This document shows, piece after piece, positions 37,231 through 49,866 of a DNA stretch of 64,000 nt (position 1 is its first letter; every line of letters starts with the position of its first letter). The DNA is from Octopus sinensis (lineage: Eukaryota), in contig NC_042997.1 of assembly GCF_006345805.1 (NCBI RefSeq), positions 12,834,001 through 12,898,000 of the forward strand. The letters are read 5' to 3'. A model generated the notes under the pieces. That model saw only the letters and a program-made list of their open reading frames with translations. It had not been told where the DNA came from and searched no databases. Both the position numbers and the translations under genes were made by a program.

Positions 37231-40200
37231 GTTGCTGTTATTACGTAGACAGTGTTGATCCCATTAAATAATTCAGTTCCATAAAAGAACTGTATTTTCA
37301 TTTCGGTGAAGCAATTACTATAATGTAGTAAAAAATATAAAGAAAATAGAGAAAAAAAAAAAAAATTATAATGTTCACTTTCAATCACCTGACATTTGAC
37401 TGTTTGTTACAAAATAGAATTCCAGAATAATATAAAAAAAAACTATATACATATAAAAATAAATAAATAAAAAAAAAACAAATAACAAAATAAATGAATA
37501 TATTGCCGATGCTCAAAATAATATCGGCTATCAAATATTATATGGATCTTATAAATTTGGAATCTGTATTAAAAAAAAAAAAGAAATACCGAAAACCCTT
37601 CATTTTGGCTCGAAAGAGAAAATTCTTTATCCGAGTAAAGCGTCTTTCACTGACATACAGTCTGCGCAATTAACCTTGGAGCATATTAATGTTATTGCAG
37701 TGCCTGCTGATATTTCCTTTCATTTTCACACTGCTAAATACACACATATATACACCTAGCCATTAATACGCATGCACTGCGCTGTATAGGCAAAAGCACA
37801 TGCATTCAAATGTTCAAACGCAAACAAACCCTCTTTATTTTTAATATATCTGAGCAAATTTTCCCTTCCATCTCCTCTTCTTCTTACCACGGTTTTTTTT
37901 TCCATCCTCAGCTTCTGCTCTATCTTTCTAGTTCTCTGACTTTCTACCTCCCGCTTGAGGTATACAAATATACATAAGTTCATACACGTATATATACACA
38001 CAGGTATATACAAATACATATATGCATGCACATACACACACATACACACACACAGACACATTCGTGTCTAGATAAGCGCTTGCTTCATATATAGTTACAG
38101 AAAGGCATATAAACATCGATACACTGGGGTTTGAATTCAAACTATATTTCAATACGCATAGTTATAAAATCATATACACTAACACCACTCAAAGAACCAA
38201 GCACATGCATATACACACACGAATACAATCACACAAATACACATACATTTATTATATGTATACTGTATTGCATTATAACTTTGTGTGCGTGTGAATTTAC
38301 ACACATACACAAATATAAATACACACACACATATATGTATATAAGCATACTTGCAAACATACATACATAGATACATACATTCATACATTTATATACACAT
38401 ACACACATACATCCGCTAATTATAAACACATAGCAACCTACACCCTCGTGTACACCTATACACATATATTCATAGCATTTTCCTTTTTTCATTTTCGTTC
38501 TGTTCTTTTCCTTCCAGTTTGTTAAGTTTTGTCTGTTTCCCCTACTCACTTTATTTTTCTCTTTTTCCTGTCAACCCTCTCTCTGTCTATATATCTTACT
38601 CTACCACTACTTCACTGTCTCACGTTGATATTTTCATTTTTCATTGCATTATTTATAGAGAAGAGAGAGCGAGTGAAAGTGAGAGGAGGGGAAAAAAATC
38701 AAATATTAAAAGAAAAGCCTGAAGGATGGAAGTATTGTGAAACATAATAACAATGAAATTATCTGGGAATATTATGTGAGAAAACAAAAGCTAATACCCA
38801 CCCAAAATATTACGACAACCTCAGATAACATGCCGCAACAAAACTTCAACAATGCACTTTGTACAGAAAGGACTTAAGAGCATACGAATTAAACAACTAA
38901 AATAACATAGATATAGAAATGCCACACATATATAGAAACTGACACAAAACTATTCCTCTTCTCTCTGTATTTCAGACTCACACACATCGCATACATGTAT
39001 AAACACTCAGAAATACTATTTCACCACTGAATCGTTTCCATCAAAATATGATAGAAATATTAATTATATATTTTGATTATAAACTTATTATATTACCGAC
39101 TATAGGCTTCTAGCAATCATTTTTATTTAATAACATTTCGTGCGATTGAAATTTTGATTAACGCAGCTGTCAAAGACTTGGAAACGTTTGATAAGTACGC
39201 TGATATCCTGAATCAAGCATTTATATAAAAAATATTGCCCTCAGGATCAACTTGGCTTGAAACTAATAACGTAAAACTGTATTTGTTTTTCTTCTTTTCA
39301 TATCACATTTATTTTACTATTGTCGAATATTTATTTTTATTTTTGTGTTCTTAGTTTTGCAATGACGACTGTTGGGGTCCAATGGTAACTTCTTATTTCT
39401 AGAAAACTAACACATTCGCTATCATTAAATTTGAAAGATGCATTGCTGTTTAAAAATTCTTCTCATCAAACGTGGCCGAAGGGTATTTAACAGTTTCTGT
39501 ATGAAGGAAAACTTATTCGTGCGTCATGAGAAGAAAAAAAAATCATTGGTTGTTACTCTTAATACATTTTTGCTATGTTTAGCTATCTTAATGTAATGGA
39601 AGTTTACGATAAGATCTAACGCCTGTGTTTTCTATCTAGATATCCCAAAATATCATAACTATTTCCCCCTTATCATATCAATGAATGTATTCCCCATATC
39701 ATGTATATGAATGTATTATTTCCTCCATATCATGTGTATGAATGTATTAAATTAATAGAAAGAGAATTTAGTATAAAGAACAAAACAAAACCCCTCAAGT
39801 ATGCTTTTTCTGTACGCATCTAGATACAGATATAAATGCTTCAATCATTCTTTCGAGACAATAGTATAATTCATCTGTGCAAGCTTGTGGAAGATATTTT
39901 GATATTCGTGGTTTGCTTGTGGCAGTGCTCCTGCTTAGCAAGAACCACAAAGGTGTGAACTAACTAAAGAACTAAAGAATTAAAGGTGAAAATACATCTC
40001 AGTTTTGGAGTGCGATTCCGTAAAGTTCAAAGCACTGTGTATAGCAACAACTTGATGCAATGTAAGTGCAATTAAAAACTTTGCCATAAAACAGAATGTA
40101 ATGCAGGCTTCAGGATATTAACACACAAATCCATAAGCCAAAAACTTCAGTACTTTTTGGTGCAGTCATTATATTTTCATACATTTGAATATATCAGCAA

Positions 40201-40445
40201 TTCCATTAATAAAACCTGATATGAATGTGGTGCAATGAGAGAAGCTGTTGCATATTAGAGTTGCTAACTTTCAGTTCCATCATTCTTTTTTCTGAGTTCG
40301 AAGCCCGTCCGACTCTAACCTTTATTTTTTTTTTCAACTTTTTCACATCGACATATTCCGCTCTGTTCAAGTAATAGGAGTAGTTTACAGGGATTATACT
40401 TATCCCTTTTAAGTTTCTGGGTTTATGGAAAGGAGAAAGTATACC

Positions 40446-40521
<76 letters not shown>

Positions 40522-41054
40522 ATATAGTAGAAATATGTTACAAAAAGAAAATATAAAATACACGTTGAAATCAACGAAAGTGCACATTGTAATTAAAAAA
40601 AGGCTTTTTATGGCAGGTAACGGTAAATATATACATTTAGTCATTATTATGAGATGATTATAAGATGATTATAAAGTCAGAAAACAAAGCGTACCATGGT
40701 TTCTGCAAAGCTATTCATTGCTTTGAAAACACCGGCTAATATATTTATAGATGTATATATATTGCTATATATATATTTTCTCTGTATCTGGTTGAGGATT
40801 GAGTTGTGGGATTGCTCGGCTCTAATGTACATAGTTCATAGCATTTATTATTAGAGCCCCTCGTTAAAGCATAAGATTTGTAGAACTTACTGATGACGTA
40901 TCGTTGGTATGAAAAGATCTCACCTGTAAGCTGGGGCTGTTTTGTGATAAACTTGACTTCAATTACTAATCTTTTGTTAGCAGAAAGAAGGATTTACCAG
41001 TCTAAATCATTTTAAGTTCCGTATATGAAGTCTATATTTACGAGGATTCCATTG

Positions 41055-41202
41055 GCTGTGTGATAAGAAGCTTGCTTCTCAACATCATTCCAAGCTCAGT
41101 CCCACTGCGTGGCGCCTTGGTCAAGTACCTTTTACTATAATCTGAGGCCGACCAAAGCGTTGTGAGTGGTTTTGGTGGACGGAAACAGAATAATGTACGT
41201 CG

Positions 41203-41288
<86 letters not shown>

Positions 41289-41580
41289 TATGTGTGTGTG
41301 CGTGTGTGCGTGCGTGTGCGTGCGTGTATGCGCGTGTGTGTGAATCTATGCGTGTGTGTGAATCTATGCGTGTGTGTCTTTACCTGTCCACTTCCCCTAT
41401 CACTGCTTGACAGCCGACTTTTGCTTCGTGTACTTTCCGTAACCTAGCGGTTCTGCAGAGAGGACCGATAGAAAAGTGCTAGGCTCAACAAATAATTCGA
41501 GGAGTTGAGTTGTCGGTCTATACCACTACAAGGCGGTGCCGCTGTATGGCCACATTCAAATGACTGCGACAATTAAAAGA
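41055..41580 (+). mobile_element. SINE family A, degenerate with expanded (TG)n
   Basis: CAGTCCCACTGCGTGG...GGCCGACCAAAG...CAAATGACTG. Confidence 0.75.
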
Positions 41581-41583
41581 ATA

Positions 41584-42105
41584 TACTCTTTTACTCGTTT
41601 ACTTGTTTCAGTCATTTGACTGTGGCCATGCTGGAACACCGCCATTTTAATCGAACAAATTGACCCAGGACTTATTCTTTGTAAGCCTAGCACTTATTCT
41701 AACGTCTCTTTTGCCGAACTGGTAAGTTACGGGGACGTAAACACACCAACATCAGTTGTCAAGCGATGTTAGGAGGACAAACACAGACACACAAATATAT
41801 ATATATATCGGTCTATTTTGCCGAAGTTACGGGGACGTAAACATACCAGCATCGGTTGTGAAGCGATGTTGGGGACACAAACACAGACACACAAACACTC
41901 ACACACGCACACACACACACACATACATATACACATATATACGACGGGCTTCTTTCAGTTTCCGTCTATCAAATCCACTCACAAGGCTTTGGTGGGTCCG
42001 AGGCTATAGTAGAAGACACTTGCCCAAGGTGCCACGCAGTGGGACTGAACCCAGAACCATGTGGTTGATAAGGAAGCTACTTACCACGCAGCCATTCCTG
42101 CACCT
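41584..42105 (-). mobile_element. SINE family A with internal duplication
   Basis: AGTTACGGGGACGTAAAC...ACAAACACAGACAC block occurs twice. Confidence 0.85.
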
Positions 42106-43017
42106 ATACCAAACAAAAACTAAAAAAATAACGGAATCAGCAATTCACCACGAATATCCACCTCAATAGAACAGATCCAGATAAGCATTCGTTAAAGTGA
42201 ATGTTTTCGTTTATAATCCAAGTAATTATCCAGGTAGTTATCCAGGTAGGATAATCACTTCTATCACGCTCCTTATAAATATTAGTATAAATTGTATCAC
42301 TGAGACAACCACTTGACGTGCTCAGTCTAGCAGGTACCTCTTCATGCACTTACACCAAGCACACATTGGACTATGCAGTCCTAAATGCATATTGCCCGAA
42401 ACATATTGGGAATATTCACAGTTGGAATGTGCATGATAATAGGTTACACAGTGACGAGTAAGCTAAGACTAAACAGCAGCAACAATGACGACGATGATGA
42501 GCCTATTACATCTGATTTTTTACACAACACGGAGCGCTGATATTCCAAAGAAAGTTGTGGTAATAAGAATTATGTATCTTAACGGCGTGATATGACTGCG
42601 ACAGAACACATTAATAACGATCAGATACAAAACAATGACAACTGATCCAAAAAATTATGATGATTACGTGGGTCAAATTTGCATTTCATTGATTCAGGGT
42701 TTATAAAAAAAGTGAATCAATTTAAAGTAATATAAACAACTATATCAGCCTCATCAAATCTTTGACATGTAACTATTTTAGAAGAGACGCATATTTAATC
42801 GATGATTTACTCCATGATTCAGCATAGTTATCTAGTGATGGCTTATTTGAAGAGAGTCTTAATTCATTGATTTCTTTTTGCATTCACACTCTTTCAATAT
42901 GTCCGCTTTGGGAGAAAAGGTGAGAGAGGAGAAAAGTGGCAGAGAGAAAACAAAAAGCGGAACAGAAAGTGTGTGTATTTATGTGTGCGCGAGTAGGTGA
43001 AAATGTATGAGCAGGTC

Positions 43018-43070
<53 letters not shown>

Positions 43071-43082
43071 AAGAGAGAGTAG

Positions 43083-44780
43083 ATAATAAGATATGAGTAT
43101 ATGTGTGTTCATTCGCAGATGTTAAGTATAGATTTGACTGTACTGTATTTTCACCAGTGCGCTACATGACTATTTATAGAAGGATTTAAGCGCCCCTGTT
43201 CCATGCTAATTCATTACATATTGGCATTGATCTTTAGTCTATTAATCAGGATCTATATTTTAATGGGTTTTTTTTTACAGCATTTGAAGGATGGAAGACT
43301 AAGCAGACTTCAAATTCTAGCAGGTATGATAAATAATATAGTAAATTTTCCTTTCATTTTTTCAGGACGATAACATGAATTCACAGCTAAGTATTGTGAT
43401 TGAAGGTATTAATTATACTTCGTTCCTCAAAACTGCTGGTCTTGTACCTCTGGCATATATAGTGCTGGAATATTCACTGCTAAGTTTCTTCTAATCATGT
43501 GCCTGCTAGAACTCGATATAAAATTAACAACAAAATAAAATTTCTTTGGTTATATATTCAAGTTATTGCAATATGTTTTACAAATATTGACACTTTAAAC
43601 AGAGCATTTCTAGTACACAGAGTTATAGAAAAAATGATGTAATGCGTTTCAAGCACCGCCAAATATAATGTCTACTCACGGTTATTGGAGCACATTTATA
43701 GGATCAATAGCCCCCAAAATTATCCTTTATGTCATTCCTATTCACTAATCATCGACTCATTTATTTTGTTCAGAACACTGTTTGGTGAAAGGTTGTGCAA
43801 GCCATCGAATGTACATCGGTATATAGTTTGCTCCTTCATCTGAATACGTCTACTTATTGGATTGCTGCAATGCAGGGGTACCACCTTCAAAAGATTTATC
43901 CGTTCATATCGACCGAATCACTTTATTTCTGTATGCTTTGTATTTTGTTGCATCACCAAGATTTGTCAGAACGAAAACGTCACTCAGCACATCAGTTTAT
44001 ACCGACAGCCATAAATGCAGATAGAAAATTATAGAAATATAAATCTGAATACGACTAATTTATTTACAGTTTTACGTCTACTAAGTTCCACTCGCTATAC
44101 TTGAAGACACATGAAGGTTGAATTCTTAACATTGTTGCAAGATAATCCAATCGTCATAACCGAATTGCCATGGCTGTTACTAAAGAATATTAATAATAAC
44201 TACACTACTGCAGTGTAATTTAAATAAAATCTTTAGCTTATCGAGACCAGCATTTTAACTTTTACTATAAGTTAACATTCTACTGATCTAAATTACAACA
44301 TGGATAGTTATAAATTAGACGTTATGTGCTTAGCAAGTGAAAATCATGACCTTGCTTTTATTCATTGTTGTTCCACGAATAATTTCTATTCTGATTTGTT
44401 ACAATACTATAAATCTAAAAGATGCACATCTTCTTACAGGAATAAATATTCCAACATAAGCATATTACCATTTCTTAGTACACCTACTGTCATTTCATAC
44501 TCCTGTAAATTTCCCAGAAAATAGCAAAATAATTCTATTTGAATCCAAGTAAAATAATACCTACAATCCATTACTATTCAGAAGCGCTTATATATCGAGA
44601 GGAGGGACTAATTTTTTTCTATATATTCGCAATTAGACGATAAGATATGACTATGTGTGCGTCTTCTTTCGCAGATGTTAAGTATTGATTTGATTGTACA
44701 GTATTTTGACCAGTGCGTTACTTCATTATTTATCGAAGGATTTAAGCGCCCCTGTACCATGCTAATTCATTACATATTGT
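43083..44780 (+). repeat. Dispersed direct repeat pair, ~140 bp (43083-43222 and 44638-44780)
   Basis: TTCGCAGATGTTAAGTAT...GAAGGATTTAAGCGCCCCTGT.CCATGCTAATTCATTACATATTG in both. Confidence 0.85.
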
Positions 44781-45300
44781 ATGTAATGAATTACATACGT
44801 ATTACAGCGTAAGTATTACCTAACCATTATTTTCATAACTTGTTCTGTTATTAATGAAGACTATCCCCTGCACAACTCTCTGTTATTCAAAGTATCCTCA
44901 GAATATATTATTTGGATATACTCGTTTATAACTCTACATTTCATTTCAGAGAGTAAGGATTGCGAATATATAGAAAAAATTTAGTCCGTCCTCTAGATAT
45001 ATTTGCAGGATACTCACAACTATTCTTTCTGTAAGTTAAAAGCATAATAATTGTTGCATTTCACCACACACACATAAGCCGACACACATATGTGCCCAAT
45101 GCTAGAATGCATCGTCATTTTGAATTTACCATAACATTCTAGCATTTCAGTCTGACTGACCAAGCATCATCTTACTGACCGAGAAAATCCACCATTTACT
45201 GACTCTAGCCCTCACCAATCTCACACAAATACTATCTGTGAAAAGTCTGGCTGCATCCGAAAAAATATATATTATGAAAGAAAAATAAACACAAAATTTA

Positions 45301-45504
45301 TTACACGAATCTGTTACCACCACGACAGTCAACTATTTGACGCCGAACACGAGTTTGATGTTGAATACATCCACGAATTTTCCGCTGAGATAGCTCTTCC
45401 CAAGACTGCAAGACGTCTTCGTGAAATTCATGCCTCGTTGTAGGGTTTTTCAGTTCAACTTTATCGGTTAAAACTTTGAAAATGCCTTCATGTAATGCAT
45501 TCAC
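45301..45504 (-). mobile_element. Tc1/mariner-type transposase C-terminal relic
   Basis: LTDKVELKNPTTRHEFHEDVLQSWEELSQRKIRGCI...RVRRQIVDCRGG. Confidence 0.65.
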
Positions 45505-45759
45505 GTATAAACATGTGTTGAATAGAACTCACTGAATAAATCTTAATTAACTGTGTTGTCAATTGTATGCACCTGGAATGTGCTAACGTGTATGCAGCCA
45601 GACTTTCCACACAGATGATACTTATAACCCAGACAACACACAGAAGCTGCACCGATTACATGAATGAAAAATCATCCTCCAATATAGCCATATTAGTCCC
45701 GATTTTCTCACCAACCAAAAACATACACTATACTTACTATGCAAGTGAAACTTAAGCAG

Positions 45760-46160
45760 CATTTAACTAGAGCACCCACAGTGTTGCACGCTGTGTTAGG
45801 TGTCACAACCGAAGAAAACTCCCAACATCAGTAACAGCCGGGACTGCATCCAAATGCCAATTTCTTCTATTGAGTTCAAAGAAATACACCTGTATCCATC
45901 AATTGCTGGTCCTCTACAAAGTTCAGTTACGAACCACTAAGGCCTATATCTTCAGCATCTGAGATGCTGCTCTTTTGTCATAGCGACTTCTTTGACTGCA
46001 TCAAAAGAAGGGCCCCTCGACTCATCCACATAAAATCAATCATGGACAATCAAATAATTCTGCTACATTGGCATGCTGTTCCCTCTGCATTTTTTCTCAT
46101 CACAACTGTAGTGACAACTGTTCCTAGGAAACAGGATGGCCACGTTGCTCTCTACCAAGG
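45760..46160 (+). mobile_element. CR1/Jockey-like LINE RT C-terminal relic
   Basis: VLGVT.., TASKCQFLL..SKKY..QLLVLYKVQLR.., FFDCIKRRAPRLI. Confidence 0.7.
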
Positions 46161-46449
46161 CACCCCCGAATGCATGAATCTATGTGTTTGTATATATATA
46201 TATATGTGTGTGTGTGTGTGCGTGTGTTTGTGTATATATAAGTACATGTATACACATACAAACATACATACATACATGCATACATATATAGAGAGAAAAA
46301 GAAATCAACCAACTGACTCGCACCTCACATATATAAAATATAAGCAGAACAATAAAACTATGCAAGACATTGTTTTCGTTATCTACATTCAAAAAATTGA
46401 AAAGAAATATACATATACATACATACATATATATATATATATGTATGTG

Positions 46450-46522
<73 letters not shown>

Positions 46523-46525
46523 GTA

Positions 46526-46567
<42 letters not shown>

Positions 46568-46702
46568 ATATATATATATATATATAAATACAAACAGAGA
46601 TAAGAACGCAAAACATTTAGGAGACGATACAAGGAACACGGACGGGACATTCGAAGCCTTCAATCTTCAGTCAAGAACCGGATCATCCTCGCAATTTCGG
46701 CT

Positions 46703-46864
46703 GGAAGATGTTTATAAGCCATCTAAGAAGTACACAAAATCCGTTAGATTCACTTTAACATTTAAATTTAATTTGTCAAAATATTTTCGTCGTTTTGAGA
46801 CCGTGACCTGTTCACTGACAAAACTTCGTGCAGCACGAAGTTTTGTCAGTGAACAGGTCGCGGT
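46703..46864 (-). mobile_element. G3:C8 hammerhead family copy 3 with terminal hairpin
   Basis: Reverse complement of 5256/7870 body; 31-bp inverted arms 46800-46830 / 46834-46864. Confidence 0.7.
46772..46822 (-). ncRNA. Type I hammerhead candidate, core variant G3:C8
   Basis: TTTGTCA-GTGAACA-G-GTC(13 nt)GAC-GAAA-ATAT-T-T-TGACAAA; perfect 7-bp helix I. Confidence 0.6.
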
Positions 46865-47069
46865 AGAAGCGCAGGTGAAGGAGTCGGTGATATGATAGTG
46901 TCGATGATGGGTGGTGGTGAGGAGGGTGGTGTTGGAGAGGTAAGGGCAAGTGCGAGAGCGTGGGCAAGAGTAGGGGAACGAGCCAAGTTGGGAGGTTGGG
47001 TTAGGGAAGATGTGCGAAGTGGAGAGGTCGGACTGGAAGACACCGGAAGGTTCGGAGAATGGTATATAT

Positions 47070-47390
47070 ATGCTTAGCGGTATTTCGTCTGCCGCTACGC
47101 TCTGAGTTCAAATTCCGCCGGGGTCGACTTTGCCTTTCATCCTTTCGGGGTCGATTAAATAAGTACCAGTTACGCACTGGTGTCGATATAATCGACTTAA
47201 TCCGTTTGTCTCTCCTTGTTTGTCCTCTCTGTGTTTAGCCCCTTTTGGGTAGTAAAGAAATAGGTATTTCGTCTGCCGCTACGTTCTGAGTTCAAATTCC
47301 ACCGAGGTCGATTTTGCCTTTCATCCTTTCAGGGTCGATTAAATAAGTACCAGTTACGCACTGGAGTCGATATAATCGACTTAATCGACT
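47070..47390 (+). mobile_element. SINE family C tandem dimer (47070-47262 and 47263-47390)
   Basis: Tail AAAGAAATA fused to internal GGTATTTCGTCTGCC of a second unit. Confidence 0.85.
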
Positions 47391-47534
47391 TTCTGCTCTA
47401 ATGCTCATTTCTGCTAAGTGGCTGGTACATGTGTCTCATTAATACTCGGTCACAGTAACAATTTTAAGGTGAATTGTAATTCAGTCAGCTGATGGCACAG
47501 TAGAATATCCATCGTGGATATTCTACAATAATCT

Positions 47535-47655
47535 ACGTACCTACCTACCTACCTACCTACCTACCTACTTACCTACCTACCTACCTACCTACCTACCTAC
47601 TTACCTACATACATACATACATACATACATACATACTTATTTATCTATCTATCTA
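47535..47655. repeat. (CTAC)n(CATA)n(CTAT)n microsatellite
   Basis: Direct reading. Confidence 0.9.
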
Positions 47656-48485
47656 TGTGTTGGTGCGTGTGTGCCTTTGCATGTGTACAGACCTGAACAT
47701 TGCGCAGTCTCCAAATCTTGCTCTTTCATCAAACAGTGACTATTCAACATAAATACCGACGCTTATTATTACTGTATTTTGTTCACTAATTATTTCGTTT
47801 TCCATTGTAGCTAAACATCACCAGGTTTTATTTGAATTAGTTTCATTCTATTTTACGCAGTCTCAACATTCACTGACGGTAATCAAGAATAATTATTACG
47901 TTCTCGTCACTATTAACTATTAAATCATCAACTGCTCCTACAAAACCAATCTGTTTCTTTCTTTTTTTTTTCTTCTTAAAACAAAAAGACGGAATAAAAT
48001 AAATTAGAAAATTACAATTCTTTGCTGAAGACAAAGATAAAGGATAAATTTGTATAACACAATTGTCAATAACATTTTTTTGAAAATTACGAACGGCTTG
48101 TTAGAAAAGCATACATACAGAGCTAGTGTTTAATATACATATAATCTGATTTCTACAATATTTGGATCCCAAGTTTAATGATATGCTTGTAAATATGTAT
48201 GGAAACGAATCTTGATTGCTAAGATAGGATATTTAAGCTTTAAAACGCATATTTAAGGGTAGCACAACCCACGCATATACGCCGCACAGCCTTATAGCTG
48301 TGTGAGTATGTGTGTAAATGTATGTATGTGTTGCAAATATGCATACACACACGTATAATTACTTATGTGAGTGTGTGTGTGTGTGTGTGTGTCGTCAGTA
48401 GTTCATATATCCGTAAAAGAAGCACACTCTAAAGCAGTAGAGGAGTAAAAATATGTTTAGGATGTTAATTATTACGGCCGGTCAG

Positions 48486-48552
48486 TGTATGACCATTGGT
48501 TTGGTTTCGTTCCTATAACGCACTTAGCCGTAGAGGTCACTCGTCAGACTCA
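48486..48552 (-). ncRNA. Type I hammerhead candidate with hairpin helix III
   Basis: TGAGT-CTGACGA-GT..CCT...AGG.AC-GAAA-CCA(AACCAA)TGG-T-C-ATACA; GUC triplet; helix I has a wobble and a mismatch. Confidence 0.55.
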
Positions 48553-49822
48553 AATGGTAGAAGGAGCATAGCATCTCTACTATTGGAGGAATCAATACGA
48601 CACTGTCAGTTAGTTTTGTAAACAAAATAATATTTGCCTGTGCAGGTGGTGTTACAGGCTGGATGCAGTTACTCCACTTATATAGATTCCAGCCGTTACG
48701 ATATTCAAATATGCTTCTTCGGCGCTACTCAAGGAATGGGGAATTTCTAGCTTGCAACAGGAAAGTAAAATTTTCGTAAGCTATCTTAAGCTGCGAGCAT
48801 CTACAAGACGCTCATGTAGAGTATACAATGACTGCCCACTGGGGCGTTGATGCGAAGCTAACGTGGTGGCCAGTAATGGCAATCAGAGCAACACCGTAAG
48901 CAGCCACGACAATATCGTCGACAACACCAGAGAAGGCAACAATAGTGTCAGCAACGTCGGCAACAGTGAGTCAAGCAGCTGTGAATGACATGCGAACAGT
49001 TACGACGGCAGCAGCGACACTAACATTGCAGCCGGAAATTACTGTTACGCCAGCGAAACGGATCCACCAGGATCACGTCCAAGGGTAACAGTATCGGCAG
49101 TGACTCTAGCAGCAACACCTGTGGTAATAACATCGATGACAGCAGACGCAGAGTTACCGAAAGCAACATCAGCGGTGGTAGCATATATAATTCACAGAAT
49201 CAAAATTACATCTGTTCAACCAGATTCCCGTTTCAGAAACGTCTGAACAACCGCAGGTCGTCTTTTAGGATACCTGAAATATGCAACTTCAAATCTCTAG
49301 CCAGCCACGTATGGTACTGAAATGACGAAGGAACCAAAACCATCATTAAATGGAAGTTCCTGAAACAGCCAGGGACTTGTATGAATTGCAGCAAAAGGTG
49401 TTAGCTTTGCTTGGCAGAGTGAGAGCAAGAAACCAGGAAAGCTCGGTTGACCCGGGGACCTATTTCAACTTCAGGAAAGAAGTATTTAGTCAATGTGTTA
49501 TATAAAATTTGACCTACTACTAACTTGGAATCCCCAATTCGTTGAAGTATCTTGGAATATCGCCACGGCCGGAACCGGTGTAAGGGTGATACTGTCGCCA
49601 TGCTTGTAACACATCCTGCACGGACAAGTACTCTTCTTTAGAGAAATATGTGTCGGTGACGTATTTCTTCCTACAGCTCTAAAGAGGTCATGCGCCTTCG
49701 ACCATTTGTATTTGACGAGTCGCTTATACGGCTAAGCGCTGCGTAGGTATGAAGTCGATGGTCAATTTCTCAAAGGCCATGCATATATATATATATATAC
49801 ATGTCTTTTATCTATCTCTCTC

Positions 49823-49866
<44 letters not shown>

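Noticed and set aside
40887-40930. CTGATGA...GAAA-AGATCT hammerhead-like string
   Set aside because: Helix I and III registers do not fit a valid core
44300-44524. MDSYKLDVMCL resembling an APE endonuclease start
   Set aside because: Similarity limited to a few residues
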